NCBI GenBank assembly: GCA_965226495.1 | Contig: OZ245365.1 | Span: forward strand, 6,208,001-6,272,000 | Source: Candidatus Marinacidobacterales bacterium | GTDB lineage: Bacteria; Acidobacteriota; Vicinamibacteria; Marinacidobacterales; DATDRI01 | Reading direction: 5' to 3' | Length of the DNA stretch: 64,000 bases | Shown here: one piece after another, positions 54,077 to 64,000 of the stretch | Position numbering within the stretch: the first letter of the stretch is position 1 | How the letters are laid out: each line of letters begins with the position of its first letter | Position numbers and translations under genes: made by a program | Notes under the pieces: model-generated | The model's database searches: none | Seen by the model: only the letters and a program-made list of their open reading frames with translations | Told to the model about the DNA's origin: nothing

Positions 54077-54717
54077 TCAGGGTATCAGATCAGGCGGCAA
54101 ACCTCCGCGTGTTCGAGAACCTTGCTCAGACGTTGGCAGCCGTCGATGCGCCGTAGTTGAATCTGGCCAGAGGCCGATAAGCCCAAACAGCAAAGCGACC
54201 GCGGACTCCTCGCTGGAGAACGACGCTTGGGTTTTCGTCCGACGTCGAAACTCGCGGTTGAGATTCTCCAGAGCATTGGTCGTTCGAATCGATTTCCACA
54301 TGGCACTAGGAAATTCGTAGAAGGTCAGCAGCTGATTACCGGCCTCCTCTAGGCTTCGGACGACGGCCGGCGCGAGAGGCGTCCATTTGGCGACGAGCTC
54401 GTCATAGGCTTTGCGAGCATCGATCCCGTTCTTGGCGTAGACGATCCGGTTGTAGTCACGCCGGAGCTCACGGCGTGCGTGCGCCGGGCAATGTTCGAGC
54501 AAGTTGGCGCGCTTGTGCTCGGTACATCGCTGCAACCGGCACCCCGGCCACTTCTCCAGCGCTTTCGTCAGCCCCTTGTGGCCGTCGCTGATCACTAGCT
54601 TGGGAGCCCGGAGTCCTCGAGCCTGGAGTCCCTCCAGCACGGAGCCCCAATGCGTCGAGGCTTCGCTCACCGCCACACGCAATGACAACAGACGTTTCTG
54701 CCCGTCTGGCGCGACCC
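54077..54717 (-). pseudogene. IS256-family transposase fragment
   Basis: ISDGHKGL, QRCTEHK, IRTTNALENLNREFRRR. Confidence 0.85.
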
Positions 54718-54751
54718 CGTCCTGTGCCAAAACTCGGCCCTTTTTAAAAGA

Positions 54752-56275
54752 GCCTCTCCTGCCATTTCAGTGGATCCTCTCGAGGGTGAGACCGCCACAG
54801 TTTAGGTAGACGAGACTGATGAGAGCTTCGGCAGAGTGGAGTCCAAAGCTGCGGTGGCTCAGCAGCCGGATTTTGTTGTTCATTCCTTGGAGTCGGCCGT
54901 TGCTGAGTCTCCACGTGACCCACGCGATGACGCCATCGAAGTGGCTGCGGATCATCTTCGCCGCGCGTTTGACGGGCTCTATCCTCGAGCTCATAGCGCG
55001 CCGCAGCCATCCTCGGAGAAACTTCTTGGCCCATGTCTCGGTTTTGTAGGTGTAGAGGTCCATGAAGTCGTCGCGCAGAAGCATGGCGCGGTAGAGGCGA
55101 CGATTAGCTCGCACCTGCTCGCGGAGCACCCGTTTGTCTTTCGCGCTGCGGTTGTGTTTGGCCTTGAGAAGGGGAAACTTGGTGTTCTTGAGGTTGCGTC
55201 GGGCAGTCCCTTTGAGCTCGCGCACCAGCTCGCGCCGGGTCTTATCCACGGCCTCGTTCAGATGCTTGACGATGTGGAAGCGGTCAAAGATCACCCGTGC
55301 CTGAGGAGCCTTTTTGCCGACGACAGTTATGTACGGCTCCCACATGTCCATGCTGACCGCTTCGAGCTCCGCGGCTCTTTGTGGTCCGAGCTTGCGGAAA
55401 AACCGCAGCAGCGTCTTGGCCTTGCGCTCCTTTCCCGCCCAGACGACCCGGCCGCTGAGATGGTCTATTACCACTGTTAAGTACTTGTGGCGTTTGCGGT
55501 AGCTGATCTCGTCCATCCCAATCACCCGCAATCCATCGAGCTCGCGCCGCTCATCCCGCTGCTCGGCAACCACTCGCTGGATGATCCGTCGCACCGAACG
55601 CCACGTCACTCGGAAATAGTTCGCTACGGCGCTGACGTCCGTCCTCTGTGCCAGCCACGCTACCTCTTGCTCGAAGCTTTTGGTAAAGCGGCTTCCCTTG
55701 TCGGCCCAAGGCACCTTTTCTCTGACCACTCCACACCGCCGACATACCACTCGTCGGATCGAGTAGCGAAGATAGGTCCGGACTCCGAACAGGTCCAAGT
55801 GCCGCCAGTAGCGATTGTAGCGATCTTTGTTCTTGCGGACCTTTCGTCCGCAAATCCCGCACAGAGGCTTCCTCCTCCGTGGTACTACATCCACCACCAC
55901 TCTGGCTTTGTCCGCCTGGAAGTGGAAACCTCGGACCCACAGGCCTTGCAATCCGATGAGCTTGTTGACTAACGTAGTAACGCGCATCGCGGGAACGCTC
56001 TTTTCTCTTTCGGAAAAAAAGATTCTAGCGTTCTCGCCGATGCGCATCTACACATGGCTTACCCTCTCAACCCACGGGCCTCACCAAATGCCACTGCCCC
56101 TCAGCGGGAGACGAGGCTGTGGGAAACGCCCCCACGGTTCTGGTCGTTCAGACCTTGCTCACGACTGAGTTCTCTTCGAAGCCTGGAAGGGCGTTTTCCA
56201 TAGCCTCCACTAATCGAGCCCCCCCTTCCTTATTCCATATGAATTAATCTTTCTTGTATATATATCAGGAGGGGC
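54752..56275 (-). mobile_element. ISL3-family element, transposase 54767-55987
   Basis: CGIC/CRRC zinc finger, GMDE, MDMW, DRFH, SNGRLQGMN; imperfect TIR GCCTCTCCTG/GCCCCTCCTG. Confidence 0.85.
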
Positions 56276-56488
56276 CTGTGGGCGCTCGTGGGAAACGCGA
56301 AGCGTTTTCCAAGCGATTGTGGAAAACGCCGCTCCACGTTTGTACGTGCTCACAACCTTTCCCTAAACGCCTCTCTCGCCCGGAGTTTCCGGCGTTTTCC
56401 ACAATCGCGGCAGCGTCCATAGGCCATGCCCTCCAACACAAATCAGATCCCCCGAAACGACAGGAGAACCGTATTTTTGGACACGACG

Positions 56489-56880
56489 GCCTTGAGGAAG
56501 GTGCTCCACGACATGCTCTTGCCCCGCTCCGGAGCCGACGCGATACCGTGCTCGGCGAGGAGCCTCTTGATGGTGTTGCGTCCAAGTTCATGTCCTAGGT
56601 TCTTGAGTGCGCCCCGCAGGCGCGTATATCCCCACGTCGGGTTCTCTCTCGCCACGCGTACAATGAGCTCACGGATATCCTTCGCCGTCGGAGGTCGGCC
56701 TGGGCTCCGGTTCTTGCTGCCATCGTACTTGGCTGCGATGAGGTAGCGGTACCAGCGCAGAAGCGTAGCGGGTGTGGCAACGGACGCAATCTGGGCCAGC
56801 GCCTCGCGGCCTAAAGCCTGGGACTTGACGGCGAGCCTACGCCGGTCGTCGTCAGAGAGCTTGAGACGCTTGCCCCGAAG
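56489..56880 (-). pseudogene. rve transposase internal fragment
   Basis: [22 protein letters not shown]; cut by a C end at 56488. Confidence 0.8.
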
Positions 56881-57691
56881 CCCGGCGCTCGGGCCGCCGT
56901 AGCCGCCCAGGCCGAGGCTGCGCCCCACCGACAGGCCGACCGTGAGCGGACCCCGCCTGTAGTCGGCCCCGAGCATCGTCGTGCGCATGTCGCCGTTGAG
57001 CGACAGCGCCCCCTCCATGCCCCCGAAGTACGACCGGGAGCTGCGGCTCCATACCGACACGACCCCGCCGTGCTGCTCGCGGTTCAGCTCGAACTCCGAG
57101 TTGGAGAACAGGTCGCCGCCCGGCAGGAACGAGCCGAATCCGCCGCCGTGCACGCTGCCCGATGGCCCGTAGTCCGTCATGGCGGCCGCGCCGCCGGCGC
57201 CGCGGGAGCGAGGCTTCCGGGCGCGGTTCGCCGGCCGGGAATTCCGGCCGGGCATGGAACGGGACTTCGCGCTCGGCTTCCTGTCGCAGTTCGGGCAGCC
57301 GATGGGCGCAACCGCGATGGGCGCGAACCCGGTGGGCGCCGCATCAATGAGCGCTGCCTCGATGGGTGCGTCCCCGATGGGAGCACGCCCGTCCGGCCAC
57401 GGCGCCGCCATCCGCTGCTCGACGTGCTCGACCACCTGCTCGGCCGTCGCCCGCCCGAACCGCGCCAGCAGCGCCGCCGGCATCAGGTCCGCGTTCTCGA
57501 TCGTCCCGGTCGCCTCGGCGTCCTCCAGCCACGCCCCCGCCGCGTTCGACAGTGCGAGCACGAACGTCTCCTCGCCCTCGTCGTGCGCGTCGTCGAGCAC
57601 CGTGACCTCGATGGTCTTGCTCGACTCGCCCGCCTGGAACGTCAGCGTGCCGCTCGCCGCCCTGTAGTCCTCGCCCGCCTGCGCGCTGCCG
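56881..57691 (-). pseudogene. Internal fragment of a second Calx-beta/autotransporter protein, with an internal inversion
   Basis: [36 protein letters not shown]. Confidence 0.8.
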
Positions 57692-59922
57692 TGTGCCTTC
57701 TATTTATTCATCCGGGCGCCCCAAACTTGATTAGTCTCCGGTCTGCCGGCACCATGCCTGCTTGATTTCGTCGTTTGGTCGCGCTCTCATCTCCGCCTTC
57801 AAGGCTCGTCGCGAGCTGGCTCTCGACAATGTCGCTCTTCGGCAGCAGCTCGCCGGCCTCCCCCGTTCGGTGAAACGGCCGCGGCTCTCGAACGTCGACC
57901 GCGGGTTTTGGGTAACTGTAGAGCCTAAGGGCCCTTGGCCCAGTCGCTAAGGACCGTGGCAGAAATTATTTCCCATTCTTGGATGGACGCAACGTGTAGT
58001 TCCACTTCGGCAGGGAAGAGGATTTTTTGATGTTGAGTAGCGCCATCGCAGGGTCCGAGATTTTGATGCCCTTAGGATACTGCTTCTTGACGAGACGGGC
58101 GTTAACCTTGAGCCCAGTTTTGGTCTTGGTGGTCCGTATGAAGTTCAGGATGGTTTCGTAGCTATCGAGCGGCCGGCCCGCCCAATTCTTGCTAATCTCG
58201 CTGAACAGGCGGTGCTCGATTGGGTTCCACTTGGACGCACCTGGTGGATAGTGTGCGACCGTGACGTCCAAACCGTGCTCGTTGCACAGCTTGTGCTGGA
58301 TGCCGTGTTTCCATGCACGGCGGGTTGCGCCGTTGCTTCCGCCAGTGTCAGCTACGACAAGTAAATGTTTGCGGCCGGGAAAACGCTTCTGACCTTCAGA
58401 GCGCCACCACTTCTCGATGCATTCGACTGCGAATTGCGACGTGTCGTAAGACGTTCCGACATACACGGTGCCTCGATTACTCTGGAGATCATAGATGCCG
58501 TATGGGATTGCGACCCCATCTGCCATGGAGCGAAAGTCGTGGTCGTTGACGGCATCGCTCTTTTGAGCCCAGACGCGTCCTGGGTTCTTGAAGCGTCCGA
58601 CCAACTCTTTCTTCTTGGTGTCGACACTCAATATGGGATTGCCACGTCGGCTAAAGCGCTCCCGTAGCTGTGTGATGTTGGCGAACTGGGCGTCGCGAGT
58701 TGGAGGAGAGCCATTCGAGATCTTCTTTTTGTTGGTCCGGAGTGAGAAGTTCATCTGTTTAAGCAGCTTCGCGACGGTTTTGCGACTGACGCGAATGCCC
58801 AAGGCCGAGAGTTCGGCAGCTATTTTTTTCGTGGTCTTGCGAGTCCATCTCAGACCGCTGACGGGATCGCCAGCGACCTCGTACTTCATAAGTTCTTCGA
58901 TCGCCGCGATGACTTCTGGCGTTTTTTTTCGACAGCTTTGCGGCCGGCACCCGCTTTTCGGACCCGCTCCACATTCACATCATGCTCAAGTAGCTCGCGA
59001 CGGCCCCGAGCCACAGTGCTAACGTCGAGCCCGAGGATCTCCGCCATCTGGCGGTCACCGCCATAACCTAACTTGAGAGATTCAAGCCCCGCATACACAC
59101 GCCTTTCTCTCTCATCGAGCAGGCTAAAGAAAAGGATGATGGCTGCTTTGAGCTCATCGGGTAGGACGTCTTGAGCAGCAATACTCTTGGACACAGAGGG
59201 TTGCGCTTCCCAAACACGTCGGCTGGCTATTTGCTGTTCACGAATGCTCCTCTTCGGAGAGAAGTAGACATTGCGATTTCTAATCCGAGTGCGGCGAAGT
59301 CTTTTCTCCCAGGCCAATTTCGGCAGCACATCTTTGGTCCCAACCCTAACAATGGCATCAAGCTCCTCCACCGCGTAGCCAGCCTCGGAGGCGTTCACCA
59401 GTCCTTCGGCCGTGGCGACGAGTGTCCCTCGACTTGAAAAGCCGACGGACCGAATCCACCACAAGCCGTTCTCATCAAACTCCGCGAGCTCTCGGAGCGT
59501 GTAGAAACGTCCACGGTGCGAATAGCTGGTGCAGTAGTCGAGCTCTCTCAGTTTCCGGAACACCGTCAGGTCAGCGACAGTCCCCACTGTCTTCTTGAGC
59601 ATGTCCATGGTGGCGATGAGACGTTTGGCAAACAACCCCCGCAGGCGGTCAATGTCAGAGTTACGAATCATAATTCGTAACTCTAACACACAATGACCTA
59701 CGTCTCCAGGGGCAAGCTCTCAAAGAGCTGCAAATAGCTCCATTTGACGCGGTCCCGCCAGGCGATCCGCTTCCCGCCGGCTCGGATCGTTATCCCTGCA
59801 GCAGATGAATTACGACAAAGACTTGGTAGTTATTCTTGCCCCGACCCTAAGGGCCCTTGGCCCAGTCGCTAAGCTGCTGATTTATGGTCTATTTCAAAAG
59901 GGCTGAGTTTTGGCACAGGACG
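57692..59922 (+). mobile_element. A-B mini-element interrupted by ISAzo13
   Basis: A end at 57692, rve 5' fragment, B end completed at 59922. Confidence 0.75.
57951..59847 (-). mobile_element. ISAzo13-family element; ORFs 58886-59689 and 57966-58889 overlap at an A8 run
   Basis: SVDTKKKELVG, DTGGSN, PPGASKWNPIEHRLFS; imperfect TIR. Confidence 0.9.
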
Positions 59923-59961
59923 AGAGTTCGATGACAACGAGCACATAGTAGGTCACGAGCC

Positions 59962-61161
59962 GGTGCTTCCGCCATCAAGTGTTGCTACGCGGCTGCGGGC
60001 AGTGGTTCAGGTGCGGAAGAGACCGGGTTGCGCGCCCCAGTGAGCAGGAAAACCTCGATCCGCGACCACAAAGGAATCGTCGTCGCCAAGAAGATGTCTC
60101 GAAAGGTGAGCCGTCGAATGGTCAGACCGGCCTGCATAGCCGGAGTTCGGATCTCACGTCCGAACTTCAGAGCTCCGTGCGGTCGGACGAAGTTGTAATA
60201 GCAACGGAGCAACTCCAGGTGCTCATCGAGCCTCTCCGTCGAGCGAGCGTGGGAAAGCGTTCGTCTCGAAAGGTATGCCGAGCTTTGCCGGATGGTCAGA
60301 TTCAACCGCTCGATGAACGACGTGTTCAATGTCGAGGAGTCCTCGGAGTTATTGAGCGCGTCTTCGAATCGCCACGCGGCTCCGTGCAGCGCTCTGCGTT
60401 CGACCTTGATGATGCGATCGTTCCTGCGCGTTTTGAGGACTTGGCCGTAAAGACACGCTGGCCCGAAGAAGCGACGGATGACCCTCTGGTAGAATTCGAA
60501 TCCATCCGTAACGATCAGGGGAAGACGCCCGAAATTCATCCGCTTCGAAAGGTCGCGAAACAGAGCGTGAGTGTTCCGGTAGCTTCGCCTTCCCGTCACC
60601 GTCGATGGCCAGAGCCGAGACCAGACCTCGATCGTAACGAAGACCCAACTCGGCGTCTTCTTGTTGCCCGCGAACGTGCGAATCTCGTCGGCTTGAAGCT
60701 CTTCGGCAGCGAAGCCAGCGATCCTTGTGTGGTTGAATCGACGACACACTTGGGCTGCCTTCTCAAGCCAGCGGGCGACGGTGTTCCAGGCAATCCCTTC
60801 GATCCGGGAAATCGAGGAAATGCTGACACCCTCGACTCTGAGAGCGATGACCCCGTCGAAAGTAGCTCTTCGATGTTGGAGACGGTAGTAGGGCGTGCCT
60901 TTCGTCGAGGAGGACGTCTTTCCGCACTCGCCGCACCGGTATCGACGGCGTTTCCCAGACCTGGTTCGGTAGAATCCGTGGCGAACGATGTTTCCGGAAC
61001 TGACTTTGCCCCGCAACGGACATGCGAGATTGAAACATCTGCTATTCTTCACTTCGGCTCGGCCCTGACGATGAGAGAACTGTGTCTTCGGAAATCAGGC
61101 TCAAACTCTAGCACGCGAGCGGGTTACGCGGCGGCCACCAACACTTGATGGCGGAAGCACC
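59962..61161 (-). mobile_element. IS1-family element, transposase 59985-61052
   Basis: Perfect 23-bp TIR GGTGCTTCCGCCATCAAGTGTTG; zinc ribbon, QADE, TDG, TSFIERLN. Confidence 0.9.
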
Positions 61162-61349
61162 GCCGCGACGCCGCATAGGAGTTCGGGCGCGCCAGTTGGA
61201 CGGAACGGATGGTCTGGAGGAGAGGTCTGCTCGGGAGCGCCTATCGCAGAGCCAGTGCCGCGTCGGCTGGTCTCCGCGAATCTCGAGAACGCCTCCAGGA
61301 TTCGAGCTTTCGGCTCCGTTCGCATTTTCGAACACGACGGGGTGCCGAG

Positions 61350-61399
61350 TGTCCAATTTTCGTCCGCCACAAATGTGCAATTTACAGCCGCCGCTAACA
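61350..61399. mobile_element. IS21-like terminal sequence
   Basis: Repeated CAATTT...CCGCC subterminal motifs ending in AACA. Confidence 0.5.
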
Positions 61400-61474
61400 C
61401 CCCAACTTCAAAATGCTACAATTCTTGTCGGCGGGTCAATCGTGCCGACGGCACCAGCTGGCCCTCGTAACGTG

Positions 61475-63881
61475 ATGATGGAGAGACGAATCGGCACGCT
61501 TGTCCTGATGCTGCTAGCATTTGGCGCAGCTTGCAGCGACTCATCGAGAGAGAGCGCTGTTTCCCTTCTCGCTCCTTCTCAGCCTTCCAGGGAAGTGGAG
61601 TTGGAAGGAAAGTCCCGAACAGCGTTTGACGGATCGAGGTGGGTGTCCCCGCTAAAGGTACCGCAGAACGCCGTGCTCCAGTTCTCGATGGCCGTGTTAG
61701 GCACACCCAGTGCCGGTCTACTTGCGACAGAGTTCCTGATCGAGATCGAAGTCGATAGCAAGCGGAGGCGCGCGTTCCGCGAGACCCTTGCTGCACAGGG
61801 GGGGAATCGTTGGAACGACCGCATGATTGATCTCACTCCGTGGGAGGGGAGAGCGGTCTCGCTGATCTTCACGGCGCGGCCTGTGCTGGACGCCTCGGGC
61901 GTGGTGCATCGGCAGTCACTGGTTCCGGTTTGGGGCGATCCGGTTCTTGCGAGCGTGCCTGCGAACGCCAGGTTGGGGCAATCGGTCGAGCTCTTCAATG
62001 ATTGGCATCGCCGACCCGGCCGGACGCACTCAGTAGGCGATACGAAGTTCAGCCACGACCGCGGCTTCTATGAGACCCCTTTCGAAGTGATCCTCACCAC
62101 CGCCACTCCCGACGCAACGATCGTCTATACCACCGACGGCAGTAAGCCGAGCGTGAGTCATGGAATCGTTGGCAACAAGGTTCTTGTGGACAAAACGACC
62201 GTCCTTCGAGTCATGGCGTACAAACCTGGTGCGACGAGCACGAACGTCGACACCCATACCTATATATTTCCGACCACGGTGAAGGAGCAGGCGACTCCGC
62301 CATTCGATTATCCGGCCCCGTTTCGCTCCTTCAATATGACTCCGTACGCAGATCTCGACGTCGGGATCGATCTCGATGTCGTGAATACGAGCAACCAGCG
62401 GGAGTTCGTGGAAGGACTGACGTCGATTCCCACCCTCTCCATTGTCATGGACGTGGACCATCTCTTTAATGAGAGCCAAGGGCTCTACTTTGGAAAGGGT
62501 CCACTGACCCGTCCCACCTCGGTTGAGCTCCTCTATCCCAGCAAGTTTTCCCACTTCGAGGGCTTTCAGGTCGATTGCGGAGTTAGAAGGCATAGTTGGT
62601 CGCATCCCAAGGAAAAGAACTCGTTCCGCCTGGTCTTCAGCAAAGATTTCGGTCCAGGAATGTTGAGATACCCTTTTTTCGAGAGTGCCGTGCATCATGC
62701 CGAATCTGCAGTGAAAGAGTTCAATACCATCGTTCTTCGGGCAGGGGGGGAAGAAAACTGGTCGAGAGGCAGGATCCTCGTCCGGCCGGGAGTGAGCGAA
62801 TTGGCGGTCTATGTCCGCGACCAACACGCTCGAGACTCGCAGCTTTCTTTGAGCGGTACGGCTGCGCACGGCATTTTCGTGCATCTCTATCTGAACGGGA
62901 TTTACTGGGGCGTATATAACGCGGTGGAGCGTCCGGATCGGCGTTTTCTCGCTTCGTACTATGGTGGTGACTCGGCTGACTGGTTTGCTATCAACCATTC
63001 CGGCGTAGTCGGCAAGCCGAACTACCCGCGCTGGTATGTCACCATGTACCGTTATGCGCGTAAGCATGACCTCTCGGAGCCTGCAAAGTACCGGGAGATG
63101 AAAACCCTATTGAATACGGCCCAGTTTAGCGACTACATCCTGCTGAATTGGTTTTCCGGTACGGGAGATTGGGGAGAACGAAATTGGTATGGAGGGATTC
63201 GGATTCACCCTCCCGGTGCCGGATTGTATTTCTGCTGGGATTCGGAGAATACCTACGGGCCTTGCTGACAAAGTTGGGCATGCGGGGGCTTGGGTTCCAC
63301 CCAAGTTCGTATCGGGCGGAACGTCCGTGCTACACCAACTATGGATGGCTTTGGCGGACAGCCCAGAGTTCCGGCTGGAGTTCGCGGATCGCGTCTATCG
63401 TGCCTGCTACAATGGCGGTCCCCTCGCGGACCATATAAACCAAACCAATTTTCGAAAGCTAGCGGACTACGTGGAAGCGGCGATGTTTTGTGAGTCGGCC
63501 CGCTGGGGCGATGCGGGCCCCGGAAGGGAGAATCGTCCCCGCACGCGGGATGTGCATTGGAAGCGGGCGCGGGACTATGTTCTAGACTTGATGGACGGAA
63601 ACGTGGAAAGGTTCATTCGAGAGCTTCGGGACCATGATTACTATCCCACCCTCGACCCGCCGGTGTTCGAACGAGCTTCTGACAGCGTCACTATCCGACG
63701 CCCGGCGGGAGCGGAAAGGGTCTACTACACCCTTGATGGAAGCGACCCACGAAACCCCACAGCACACAGTTTCAGCGAAGCTATTTCGACAATTCCTTTC
63801 TCTCCCAATCTCAAGGGACGTTCACGGCGGGGCGACGAGTGGAGTGCTCTGAACGAATACAGGACTTGGGAACGAGATTAA
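61475..63881 (+). pseudogene. CotH-kinase-family exported protein with chitobiase/Fn3-like domains, frameshifted near 63260
   Basis: YTTDGSKP, VHLYLNGIYWGVY..VER, DW..RNW, WDSE, ESARWGD, YYTLDGSDP. Confidence 0.8.
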
Positions 63882-64000
63882 CCGTACAGCGATTCGATAT
63901 CGGCGAGGTCGGCTTTAGTGGTGTCGTTTATCACTTTAATCCGTAATCCACCGCGATGAAATATCAAGAACGTCCACCACTCCATGAGGGTACGGGAGTG

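Overview
Bacterial DNA with fairly high GC. The gene content and repeat style suggest Acidobacteriota/Vicinamibacteria, but that is inference. Bases 1-10.3 kb are an intact core region: a ferredoxin-MBL hydrolase, an MFS transporter, hemE-hemH-hemY, tRNA-Gln(CTG), tRNA-Ser(GCT), a GNAT, a TPR protein, AmmeMemoRadiSam protein B and an M20 peptidase. From about 10.4 kb to 61.4 kb the DNA is an extreme patchwork of unrelated 0.1-4 kb gene fragments. Most fragments are joined exactly at the termini of IS or MITE elements, mostly without target duplications. The dominant family is an rve/IS481-like group: at least 32 short ends, many terminating in ACG rather than ACA. IS1, IS3, IS5, IS256, IS1380, ISL3, ISAzo13, IS21, IS200/605 and IS1595-like pieces are also present. 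Notable cargo: (i) a sigma-like/HTH/IrrE-metallopeptidase module followed by a ubiquitin-like protein, an E1(ThiF) fusion and DUF6527; (ii) an integron cassette remnant; (iii) a DUF2924-serine recombinase element; (iv) a diverged second copy of the tRNA-Ser + amrB locus between two IS5 copies; (v) Calx-beta autotransporters, one with an in-frame 213-bp intragenic inversion; (vi) vapBC, membrane glycosyltransferases and a CotH-like gene. All calls come from reading the sequence by eye; no database search was run.
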